A stretch of 35,284 nucleotides of DNA from Acidimicrobiia bacterium (GTDB lineage: Bacteria > Actinomycetota > Acidimicrobiia > Spongiisociales > UBA5794), in contig JASJHC010000403.1 of the NCBI GenBank assembly GCA_033791245.1, positions 1 to 35,284 of the forward strand, written 5' to 3'. The notes under the pieces were generated by a model, which worked only from the letters and a program-made list of their open reading frames with translations, had not been told where the DNA came from and did not search any database. This document shows, in pieces, positions 16,093 through 24,387 of the stretch; position 1 is the first letter of the stretch; each line of letters opens with the position of its first letter. Both the position numbers and the translations under genes were made by a program.

Positions 16093-17614
16093 GACTGAGG
16101 ACCCGCTTTACGTATCTGTCTGTTACGTGCGAGTTCTTCACAGATCCGGCCGCAAATACCGTGCTTCCGTGCCGGCCACCCATCTCGTCGAACTGTTCCA
16201 CGTCGCATTTCCGGACGAGATATCCGGTAATGCGGATGAAACCGTTCGTCGCAAGATTGAACGTGAAGTCCCGCATGCCCTCTCTGAAGGCACCCCGGAT
16301 GATATCTACCATCGCGGAGGGGTTACGACGTACGGTGTCTTCCACGTGAAAGATGTCGCTGACACCTGCGTGGAACAGGTCATGGTGAGGAGCGACGGCG
16401 CGGATGTGGTCGAACATCTCGGGCTCTTCGCCGATGGGGATGCGGGTTCCGGCTGTCACTTCGAGATCGCTGTCGATGCCCGATTGGGAGTGGAGGAACG
16501 CCCTGCCGTTGTTGCCCTCGCAGTACGGCATCGGTCGATCGGCAACGAGTTCGGCGATCCTTGCGGTGATTCGATACGAGAGCTGGTTGGCTTCGTCGTC
16601 GTGTCCGTAGCGGCCTTCTTGGCCGGCGGCTTCCATGAGCAGGTCTACCGCCTCGGCGAGGCCGTAGACACCGTACATGGCAGAGAATCTGTCGAGTTCG
16701 ATGAGTCCCTCGACGGCAAGGAAGTCGTGTTCGAAGAACTTGGCTTCTTCAACCAGGTAGCGGATCCGAGCTTCAATGAGTTCGGAGAGAAGCTCCACAT
16801 AGTGGGGGAGGGTTTCGTCGATGAAGCTATCGATGCCACCTTGGTGGAGTAGAGCAACCTCTTTGAGGTTGAGCCGATTGAGGGTGTGGGAGCCGCCACC
16901 GATCTTCAACGAGTTGTAGCAACTCACTGCTGCATAGTCCTCGCCAAGGTCGCGCACCATCAGCGGATGGTTCACAAAGTGTGGCTTGCCGGTCTCGAAA
17001 ACGGTCAGCACCGCTTCGAGAATCAGTTCGTCTGGGGTGATCTCCGGGTCAACCTTGAGGCTGACGTTCGGTACGACCTGGAGCAGTTCGCGTTCGATAC
17101 GAAACAGAGTGCGGGAGATCCGGCTGTCGTGTGGTCCGAGGTTGGTGTGGACAAAAGCGTCCGGGAGCATGCGGTCGAGGGCTCGCCAGAACAGCTTGAG
17201 CTTCTTGTAGAGAGCATCGTCATCTTCAGCCTCGGCATACGGTTCGAGGATCTTGTCGAAGTCACCCAGATATACCGGGTAACCGGTGATCGATGGCACC
17301 TGGGTGTACATGATGAGAAGGAAGTTGAGGGCCTCGTCGAGGTCGGTTGGGGCGTCGAGCTCGAGGTGTGCGGACCCATTGCGGAGTGCCTTGCCATAGT
17401 CGGGGAGGATGTAGCGACCCCGATACGGTGCGGGCCCTTCGAAGAGATCACAAATAATCTGCTTATTGAGGGCCTCACGAGCTGCTTCGCTCAATGTCGG
17501 GTATTCGAGGACACCCTCAGCCAAACCGGCAAGGTAATGCTTGCGTTGGTGGTAAGTAAGGGTCGGATCGTTGACCACTTGCCGGGTCCGGATCCGAAAT
17601 TCCTCCATGTTCAT
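16064..17614 (-). CDS. yjjI: YjjI-family glycyl-radical enzyme (small, 516 aa, function unknown)
   Basis: I chose ATG 17614, which lies 8 nt after AGGAGG. The resulting 516 aa equals the length I recall for E. coli YjjI. The C-terminal motif FIRITGYLV fits RVxG[FWY]. It is immediately followed by a dedicated activase. Confidence 0.75.
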   Translation of the reverse strand: MNMEEFRIRTRQVVNDPTLTYHQRKHYLAGLAEGVLEYPTLSEAAREALNKQIICDLFEGPAPYRGRYILPDYGKALRNGSAHLELDAPTDLDEALNFLLIMYTQVPSITGYPVYLGDFDKILEPYAEAEDDDALYKKLKLFWRALDRMLPDAFVHTNLGPHDSRISRTLFRIERELLQVVPNVSLKVDPEITPDELILEAVLTVFETGKPHFVNHPLMVRDLGEDYAAVSCYNSLKIGGGSHTLNRLNLKEVALLHQGGIDSFIDETLPHYVELLSELIEARIRYLVEEAKFFEHDFLAVEGLIELDRFSAMYGVYGLAEAVDLLMEAAGQEGRYGHDDEANQLSYRITARIAELVADRPMPYCEGNNGRAFLHSQSGIDSDLEVTAGTRIPIGEEPEMFDHIRAVAPHHDLFHAGVSDIFHVEDTVRRNPSAMVDIIRGAFREGMRDFTFNLATNGFIRITGYLVRKCDVEQFDEMGGRHGSTVFAAGSVKNSHVTDRYVKRVLSRESSPRAPQ

Positions 17615-17710
17615 TGTGAGACCTCCTGGGCGCATGCCCGGACTAATAATCGAGCATCGGAGCCGATTTGTCCAGTGGTCTACTAGAGGTTCCCAGTTGT
17701 CAGTAGTCTC

Positions 17711-19219
17711 ATGGCTCATGATCGTCACCAACACCCGGCTATGAAGACGCCTACCGAAGCACGCATATGGCGTGGTCCCATTTCTCGTCCTTCACGCCGT
17801 GAACTGCTCGCTCTCCTCGCGATTCTTGCCGTGTCGGGCCTGGTGGCTGCCAAATTTGTGGCTGCCGGTGCCCCGCTTGGGCATGACGAGGCGGTCTATG
17901 CCCTCAAGAGCCGCCAGATGAAGTTGGGGGGCACTTCAGCGTGGTACTGGAACGACTATCGATCACCCGGGCTGCCGTTGCTGCTCCAACTGACCTGGTT
18001 GGTTAGGGGCACCGAACCGTTCTTGCGGATGAGTGTGTGGGCGTTCGGTTCTCTGGGTGTGATCCTTACGTGGTTGATCGGTCGCAGCCTGTTTAGTACA
18101 CGGGCGGGTTTGTTGGGGGCTGCTGGGCTGTCACTTGCCTCGCCGTGGCTTGCGTCTTCAACAAGTATTTGGCCCGATGTCCCTGGTGCTGTCTTGGGAA
18201 TGGCAGCGATAGCGATCGTCTTGTTTGCTACCGATGGCGATCGTGTCTCATGGTGGGTTCTGGCTGCAGCACCGTTTGCCGTTGCCGCGGTCCTGGTTCG
18301 TTACGGCGCTCTGGTCCCGATGGGCATCGGTGGCCTGGCGATTCTGATATGGCGGTGGCCGATGCTCCGTCGCGGGTGGCCGCAGCTACTGAGCCTTGCT
18401 TCGATTATCGCGGTAGGGAGCCTTCTGATCCTTTTGGTGCCGGGCGTCACCGGTGCAGCTACCAGTCCGTTGTCTTCGATCAACACTTCGAAGGCGGCGT
18501 CTGACTTCCCAATTACCCAAGGCATTCGCGACTACATCAGGCAGGCCGACTTTGTCGCAGGCGGCTACGTGGGGCTTCTCCTCATATTGGGGCTGGTGCT
18601 GGCTGTCCTCTATGCGAAGAAGGATCCCGGGCTACGAGCCTCCGCGGTATTCGTGTTTTCGGTCACCGGGGCGACTGCTCTTGTTCTGGTCTTGATTCTG
18701 CATGGGGAGTATCGATATTTGGTCCCGGTCTTTCCTTTTGCGTGGATCCTCGGCGGCATGGGTCTCGCCGAAGCATCTCGCAGGATTCCGCGGGAGACGG
18801 CCATGGCTGTTGCCGTCGTACTGGCGATTCTTCTCCCGATCAACGCACTGTCGCACGGTGACTTGGAGGCGGACAAAAATGACGAGCGATTTGGTGACCT
18901 GCGGCTCGTTGCCACCGCGATCGATGCTGAACATGGCTATGAAGAATGCGGAGTCATCACTTCGTATATTCCACAGGTTGCCTGGTATAGCGAGTGCGTA
19001 ATTCGTCGCTTTGAGACGGTGCCGGTGCTCACCTCCCCCTTCTTTGTGGAACCGCAGGCGGATTACATGCTGCTGGTCACGGGAGGAAAGCGCCAGCCTC
19101 AGGGAGAGAGCCTTGATGCCTATTTGGAAACGACCGACGAGGTCTTTATCGAGTCAGGAAACCCCGAGGCAGGCAATCTGGAATACGCGGTCGTATACAC
19201 GTTGCAGGACGATAGCTAG
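17711..19219 (+). CDS. GT-C fold membrane glycosyltransferase (family 39 / ArnT-PMT_2-like)
   Basis: It has about 11 TM helices and a first-loop HDEAVYA motif (the DE motif of ArnT/PMT enzymes), plus a C-terminal soluble domain of about 130 aa. The start could be ATG 17711 or ATG 17741. Confidence 0.65.
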   Translation: MAHDRHQHPAMKTPTEARIWRGPISRPSRRELLALLAILAVSGLVAAKFVAAGAPLGHDEAVYALKSRQMKLGGTSAWYWNDYRSPGLPLLLQLTWLVRGTEPFLRMSVWAFGSLGVILTWLIGRSLFSTRAGLLGAAGLSLASPWLASSTSIWPDVPGAVLGMAAIAIVLFATDGDRVSWWVLAAAPFAVAAVLVRYGALVPMGIGGLAILIWRWPMLRRGWPQLLSLASIIAVGSLLILLVPGVTGAATSPLSSINTSKAASDFPITQGIRDYIRQADFVAGGYVGLLLILGLVLAVLYAKKDPGLRASAVFVFSVTGATALVLVLILHGEYRYLVPVFPFAWILGGMGLAEASRRIPRETAMAVAVVLAILLPINALSHGDLEADKNDERFGDLRLVATAIDAEHGYEECGVITSYIPQVAWYSECVIRRFETVPVLTSPFFVEPQADYMLLVTGGKRQPQGESLDAYLETTDEVFIESGNPEAGNLEYAVVYTLQDDS

Positions 19220-19377
19220 CGACCGTTGCTCGGCTCTTCCTCAGAGGAGTCTTCTTCACTTGCGACCCGGCGACCGCGTCGTTCGAGACCGCGAATCACA
19301 AAGAACGCAAGTCCTATCGGGACGAGGAACATCAAGATCTCGTCCCAGCCACCCTGATGTGCGAGAAGCCAGCTCAT
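19216..19377 (-). CDS. Candidate 53-aa single-TM protein (below the ORF-track length cut-off)
   Basis: My own translation is MSWLLAHQGGWDEILMFLVPIGLAFFVIRGLERRGRRVASEEDSSEEEPSNGR. It has a hydrophobic core, a basic flank and an acidic tail. Its stop shares the GCTAGC palindrome with the stop of the convergent GT-C gene. Confidence 0.3.
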   Translation of the reverse strand: MSWLLAHQGGWDEILMFLVPIGLAFFVIRGLERRGRRVASEEDSSEEEPSNGR

Positions 19378-19557
19378 GTCGGGAGACTACAGCGGGCGGC
19401 AGGCTCAATGACGGCCGCGGCGGCCTATGACCCGGTATTGCCTAGCCAGGGATACAAGCGCTCGAAGGGATTCCAGATGCGGCCATCGCGGTTGCCGTGA
19501 GCGGGTTCATCTTCAGACGTCGTGACGTCGACTGAGCGGTCCTGGCGGCTCCACCCT

Positions 19558-19585
19558 TTGACACTTATGCACATATGCGTATAAT
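19558..19585 (+). promoter_or_regulatory. Consensus sigma-70-type promoter of the arg operon (TTGACA-16 bp-TATAAT)
   Basis: TTGACA is at 19558-19563 and TATAAT at 19580-19585, 26 nt upstream of the argC ATG region. Both hexamers match the consensus exactly. Confidence 0.65.
19565..19584. promoter_or_regulatory. ARG-box-like imperfect palindrome (TTATGCACATATGCGTATAA) overlapping the promoter spacer and -10
   Basis: 16 of 20 positions are self-complementary. The ATGCA/TGCAT-like half-sites resemble actinobacterial ArgR operators (from memory). argR is encoded in the same operon. Confidence 0.5.
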
Positions 19586-19610
19586 CGCCGCTCTTGAAAC
19601 AGAAGGACTC

Positions 19611-20639
19611 ATGAAAACCCGCATCGCCATCTTGGGTGCCTCCGGGTATGCCGGGGGCGAACTTATACGTTTGGTCGATGACCATCCCGACTTGGAAGTC
19701 ACGTTCCTAGGTGCTCACACCAAGGCCGGTGCCAAGCTCAGCGAGGTGCACCCCCACCTGACCGGCGGGGACCGTGACCTGCAGCCAAACAACCCCGACG
19801 CGGTCAATGCAGACCTTGCTTTCCTAGCTCTTCCCCATGGTGCATCTACAGATCCCGCAATGCGGCTGTTGGGCAACGGTGTCAAGGTTGTCGATCTAGG
19901 CAGCGATTTTCGGATGGACTCGCCAGCCCGCTACGAAGCGGCTTATGGGTCGCCGCACCCCTTTCCAGAGGAGCTGGGGAAGTGGCCGTACGGTATTCCC
20001 GAGTTGTTTGGGGACCAGTTGGTTGGTGCTGATCGGGTGGCGGCTCCTGGTTGCTATCCGACCTCGGCGTTGCTGGCAACCGCCCCGCTGCAGAGAGCCG
20101 GGTTGATCGGTGACGGCACGGTGATTGTCGACTCGATGTCCGGTGCGTCTGGCGCGGGTCGTGCCGCCAAGGAGAACCTGACCTTTGGTGCGATCGACGA
20201 GGGAGTCAGCGCATATGGTGTGCTCACCCATCGGCACCGCCCGGAGATCGAGCAGGGCTTGGGCGCAGTCGGCGATGTTGAGCCCACTGTCATCTTCACT
20301 CCGCATCTGGTGCCAATGCAGCGGGGAATCATGTCAACTTGTTACGTCCCGCTGGCCGACGGCACTGACGCGGGAACGATCGGCGAGGTCTACGAGTCTG
20401 CATACGCCAAGACCCCGTTTGTGACCGTCGTCGATCAGTTGCCGATCACCCGCTGGATCGTGGGCACTAACCGTGCTCTGGTGAAACCACACTTTGATCC
20501 GCGCACCAACACTGCCGTTGTGGTCTCGGTGATTGACAACCTGCTCAAAGGGGCTGCCGGCCAGGCGGTGCAGTGCGCCAACCTGATGCTGGGTCTCGAA
20601 GAAACCGCCGGATTGCCGATGGCAGGGTGGATGCCGTGA
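19611..20639 (+). CDS. argC: N-acetyl-gamma-glutamyl-phosphate reductase
   Basis: ATG 19611 follows GAAGGA. It has IAILGASGYAGGELIRL and the active-site region AAPGCYPTSA. Confidence 0.95.
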   Translation: MKTRIAILGASGYAGGELIRLVDDHPDLEVTFLGAHTKAGAKLSEVHPHLTGGDRDLQPNNPDAVNADLAFLALPHGASTDPAMRLLGNGVKVVDLGSDFRMDSPARYEAAYGSPHPFPEELGKWPYGIPELFGDQLVGADRVAAPGCYPTSALLATAPLQRAGLIGDGTVIVDSMSGASGAGRAAKENLTFGAIDEGVSAYGVLTHRHRPEIEQGLGAVGDVEPTVIFTPHLVPMQRGIMSTCYVPLADGTDAGTIGEVYESAYAKTPFVTVVDQLPITRWIVGTNRALVKPHFDPRTNTAVVVSVIDNLLKGAAGQAVQCANLMLGLEETAGLPMAGWMP

Positions 20640-21799
20640 GCGTCACCGCGGCCGCCGGCTTCACCGCAGCGGGAATTGCGTCGGGAATCAAGCCCGCGGG
20701 CAAACTCGATCTGGCGCTGGTCGTCGGAGGGGAGTCGACAATTGGCGCCGCCGTCTTCACCGTCAATCAGGCGGCAGCGGCCCCGGTGACTTTGTCAAGA
20801 CACCACTTGGCGAGTGACCCAACTGTCCACGCCGTACTTCTGAACTCGGGCTGTGCCAATGCTGGGACCGGAGCACCGGGGCTCGTCGCTGCTAGGGGTT
20901 CGGTAGAAGCCGTTGCCGCGTCGCTCGATTGCTCAGTTGAAGATGTCCTCGTCTGCTCCACAGGCGGTATCGGGAAGCCGCTTCCCATCGATCTGGTCTT
21001 GGCTGGCATCCCCAACGCAATTGCGTCGCTCGAAAAGGGTTCCGACGCGGGAACACTGGCGGCTCGGGCGATCATGACCACAGACACGGTGCCAAAGGAG
21101 AGCGTCCGGTCCCGCGACGGGTTCACCGTCGGCGGGATGGCCAAAGGTGCCGGCATGGTCCGCCCCGACATGGCGACCATGCTGGTTGTGCTCACTACTG
21201 ACGCGGTGGTGGATCCGAGTCTTCTGCAAGAGGCGTTGCGGGGGGCTGTCGACGAATCGTTCCACGCCCTCAATATCGATGGATGCCCTTCCACCAATGA
21301 CACCGTCATCTTGCTGGCATCCGGCGACAGCGAGTTCACCCCCACCCCGGGCGTCTTCATACAGACGGTTACCGCCGTCTGCTGGGACCTGGCGAACCAG
21401 TTGGCCGCCGACGCCGAGGGGTCGAGCCGGGTCGTGACGATTGAAGTCCACGGTGCGGTCGACGATGCGACCGCAAGACGGGCCGGCCGCCTCGTCGCCG
21501 ATTCCGCATTGGTACGGTCGGCGTTCTTCGGTGGGGATCCGAACTGGGGCCGACTCCTTGGCGCTTTGGGTGCCACGGACTTGAAGTTCGATCCGGACCT
21601 GTTTGGTGTTGCCTATGAGGGGATAGACATTGCGCGAGCCGGGGTGGCGGTCCCTCACGACAACGTTGCTCTTCACGACGCCATCACGACTGGAGACTTC
21701 AACGTCACGATGACAATCGGTGCCGGCCCAGGGAGCGCCCGAGTAATCACTACCGACCTAACGCCCGAATACGTGACCTTCAACGCGGAGTACAGCTGA
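20636..21799 (+). CDS. argJ: Bifunctional ornithine acetyltransferase / N-acetylglutamate synthase
   Basis: The GTG start overlaps the argC stop (GTGA). The N-terminus reads VTAAAGFTAAGIASGIK, and the autoprocessing site is PDMATMLVVLTTDA. Confidence 0.95.
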   Translation: MSVTAAAGFTAAGIASGIKPAGKLDLALVVGGESTIGAAVFTVNQAAAAPVTLSRHHLASDPTVHAVLLNSGCANAGTGAPGLVAARGSVEAVAASLDCSVEDVLVCSTGGIGKPLPIDLVLAGIPNAIASLEKGSDAGTLAARAIMTTDTVPKESVRSRDGFTVGGMAKGAGMVRPDMATMLVVLTTDAVVDPSLLQEALRGAVDESFHALNIDGCPSTNDTVILLASGDSEFTPTPGVFIQTVTAVCWDLANQLAADAEGSSRVVTIEVHGAVDDATARRAGRLVADSALVRSAFFGGDPNWGRLLGALGATDLKFDPDLFGVAYEGIDIARAGVAVPHDNVALHDAITTGDFNVTMTIGAGPGSARVITTDLTPEYVTFNAEYS

Positions 21800-22707
21800 T
21801 GATCAACACCGGACACTCAACGCCCCACGAGGCCAAACCGCGTATCGCCAAGACGATGGGCAAGGCGCGCATCTTCTCCGAAGCCCTGCCATTCATCAAG
21901 GACTTCCGCGGCAAGACCGTCGTCATCAAGTACGGCGGATCGGCAATGGTCGACGAAGGTCTAAGAAGCACGTTTGCCGACGATGTGGCGATGATGCACT
22001 ACGTCGGAATCAACCCCGTCATCGTCCATGGTGGTGGCCCGCACATCTCAGCTGCCATGGGCCAGCGTGGTATCGAGCCGCAGTGGTTTGAGGGTCTTCG
22101 AGTTACCAACGAAGAGACCATTCGGGTGGTTCAGTCAACCCTCGCTGGGGAGATCAACCCCGACATCGTCCGTCTGATCAACGCTCATGGTTCGGTTGCC
22201 GCCGGTATCAACGGCCTGGACGGGAATCTCTTCGTCGCAAAGCCCAAGGACGAGCGGCTCGGGTTTGTCGGCGAGATCACTGAGGTCAACCCCGGCCTGA
22301 TTCAGAGTCTGCAACATCAGGGATATGTCCCGGTGGTTGCTCCGTTGGCACGTGGTGAAGACGGCAAGGTATATAACCTCAACGCCGACACCGCGGCTGG
22401 TGCGCTTGCCGAAGCGCTTGGTGCACTCAAGGTGATATATCTCACCGATGTCGAGGGCCTGTACCGCGATCTTGGCGACAAGGACTCGCTTATCGCCAGA
22501 ATCGTTCTGGATGACTTGCAGGCTTTGATCAACTCGGGGTCGGCTTCAGCAGGCATGCTGCCGAAGCTCGAGTCCTGCATTTCGGCGGTTCGCGGTGGCG
22601 TCGAGCGGGCCCACATTCTCGACGGTCGGATGCAGCACGCCTTGTTACTCGAGGTGTTTACTCCAGAAGGGATTGGAACGATGGTGACCATAGAGCCGGT
22701 CGTATGA
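21799..22707 (+). CDS. argB: Acetylglutamate kinase
   Basis: It has LPFIKDFRGKTVVIKYGGSAM, VIVHGGGP and NLNADTAAGALA. It overlaps the argJ stop by 1 nt. Confidence 0.95.
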   Translation: MINTGHSTPHEAKPRIAKTMGKARIFSEALPFIKDFRGKTVVIKYGGSAMVDEGLRSTFADDVAMMHYVGINPVIVHGGGPHISAAMGQRGIEPQWFEGLRVTNEETIRVVQSTLAGEINPDIVRLINAHGSVAAGINGLDGNLFVAKPKDERLGFVGEITEVNPGLIQSLQHQGYVPVVAPLARGEDGKVYNLNADTAAGALAEALGALKVIYLTDVEGLYRDLGDKDSLIARIVLDDLQALINSGSASAGMLPKLESCISAVRGGVERAHILDGRMQHALLLEVFTPEGIGTMVTIEPVV

Positions 22708-23174
22708 GTCCGGCAACTGCATCACGACGCCGTCTGATTAGAAAGCTCATTGGGTCGGGATTAATCACGAGCCAGGCGAAACTCGTCGAGATGCTGGAGG
22801 CGGAGGGCTTTCCTGTCACCCAGGCCACAGTTTCTCGCGATCTGGTGGCGATAGGTGCCTTCAAAACTCGCGATGAGGACGGCCGGGTCCACTACAGCAC
22901 GGCGGCAAGCCTCGAGGAGTTGTCGGAGGCCGAGATCAGGCTGCGGCGGGCCGTCAATGACTTTGTGGAAGAGATTTCAGTTTCCGACAACGTTGTTGTC
23001 ATCCACACACCACCGGGAGCGGCCCACCTTGTCGCCGGCGCCATAGATGCGGCCCGGGTGGACGGTGCGATCGGCACCATTGCCGGCGATGACACGCTGA
23101 TGGTTGTTGCTGACGCCGAGGTCGGCGGCAGTGAAGTTGCTTCAAAGATCGAAGAAATGGGAGTTAGAAGATGA
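22704..23174 (+). CDS. argR: Arginine repressor
   Basis: The winged-helix N-terminus reads [40 protein letters not shown] and the C-terminal oligomerisation region contains GTIAGDDT. The start forms an ATGA overlap with argB. Confidence 0.9.
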   Translation: MSPATASRRRLIRKLIGSGLITSQAKLVEMLEAEGFPVTQATVSRDLVAIGAFKTRDEDGRVHYSTAASLEELSEAEIRLRRAVNDFVEEISVSDNVVVIHTPPGAAHLVAGAIDAARVDGAIGTIAGDDTLMVVADAEVGGSEVASKIEEMGVRR

Positions 23175-24385
23175 GAGATATCAAAAAGGTTGTTCTTGCC
23201 TACAGCGGTGGTTTGGACACTTCTGTGATCTTGCAGTGGATCAAGGATGAATACGGTGCCGAGGTGGTTACTTACACCGCGGATGTTGGTCAGGGCGAGG
23301 AAGTGGCCGAGGCAGAAGAGAAGGCCATGGCCACCGGAGCTTCTCAGGCCATTGTCGATGATCTGCGTGCCGAGTTTGTGTCCGATTTCGTGTTCCCGGC
23401 GATCCGCGCCAATGCCATCTACGAGGGCTACTACCTGTTGGGTACCTCACTGGCCCGCCCCATTATCTCCAAGGGCATGATGGAGGCTGTGAAAGCAACC
23501 GGCGCCGATGCCATTGCCCACGGTGCCACGGGCAAGGGCAACGATCAGGTACGTTTTGAGTTGGCTGCCTATGCCATCGACCCGACGATCAAGGTCATTG
23601 CCCCATGGCGGGAGTGGGATCTCAAGGGAAGGGCCGATTGCGTCGCCTACGCCGAGGAGCGCAACATCCCGATTCCGGTGACGCCAGAAAAGCCATATTC
23701 GATGGACGCCAATCTGCTGCACATCTCGTTCGAGGGTGGGGTCCTGGAGGACCCATGGGTGGCACCGCCCAAGGGCATGTTCCGGATGACCGTTGATCCG
23801 TGGGAAGCCCCGGACATGATGGAGACGTTGGCTATCGAATTCGAGAAGGGCGATGCCGTTGCCATCAATGGGGTTCGGATGAGCCCTGTTGAGATCCTCA
23901 CCAAGCTCAATACGATCGGTGGGGCGCATGGCATTGGCCGGGTCGATATCGTCGAGAACAGGTTTGTTGGCATGAAGTCCCGAGGTGTCTATGAGACGCC
24001 GGGTGGGACGATCCTGCATCACGCCCATCGTGCGGTCGAGTCGCTGACCTTGGATCGCGAGGTCACCCATCTACGTGATGAGTTGTCGCCCCGCTATGCG
24101 GAGATGGTCTACAACGGGTTCTGGTATTCGCCGGAGCGTGAGGCTCTGCAGAAGTTCATGGACGAGATCCAGCAGCGGGTCAACGGCGAGGCACGCATGA
24201 TTTTGTACAAGGGCAATGTCATTGTCGATGGGCGTCGCTCTGATTCCCACAGCTTGTACGACGAGGCCACGGTTACGTTCGAAGCCGACGAGGTCTATAA
24301 CCAGGCCGACGCCGATGGCTTCATCCGTCTCCAGTCGCTGCGGCTGCGCACCTTTGCCGAGAAGCGTCTCGGAGAGGGCGAGTAG
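23171..24385 (+). CDS. argG: Argininosuccinate synthase
   Basis: It has [13 protein letters not shown] and [15 protein letters not shown]. The start forms an ATGA overlap with argR. Confidence 0.95.
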   Translation: MRDIKKVVLAYSGGLDTSVILQWIKDEYGAEVVTYTADVGQGEEVAEAEEKAMATGASQAIVDDLRAEFVSDFVFPAIRANAIYEGYYLLGTSLARPIISKGMMEAVKATGADAIAHGATGKGNDQVRFELAAYAIDPTIKVIAPWREWDLKGRADCVAYAEERNIPIPVTPEKPYSMDANLLHISFEGGVLEDPWVAPPKGMFRMTVDPWEAPDMMETLAIEFEKGDAVAINGVRMSPVEILTKLNTIGGAHGIGRVDIVENRFVGMKSRGVYETPGGTILHHAHRAVESLTLDREVTHLRDELSPRYAEMVYNGFWYSPEREALQKFMDEIQQRVNGEARMILYKGNVIVDGRRSDSHSLYDEATVTFEADEVYNQADADGFIRLQSLRLRTFAEKRLGEGE

Positions 24386-24387
24386 AC

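Noticed and set aside
16338-16353. parS-like 16-mer TCTTCCACGTGAAAGA inside yjjI
   Set aside because: It has two mismatches at the symmetric positions 2 and 15, lies 15 kb from parAB, and is inside a coding region. It is most likely a chance CACGTG-centred palindrome, although a ChIP experiment would settle it.
17146-17154. Perfect actinobacterial DnaA-box 9-mer (TGTGGACAA = TTGTCCACA on the other strand)
   Set aside because: It is a single isolated copy inside the yjjI coding sequence. There is no cluster and no AT-rich unwinding element, and oriC is expected near dnaA, beyond the left edge of this window.
15127-17686. Long plus-strand ORFs (323, 288 and 266 aa) across the yjjW/yjjI region
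   Set aside because: They run antisense to two genes with strong family signatures (radical SAM clusters, glycyl-radical motif) and contain no motifs of their own.
20767-21676. 269-aa and 247-aa minus-strand ORFs opposite argJ
   Set aside because: They are shadow frames of a confidently identified argJ.
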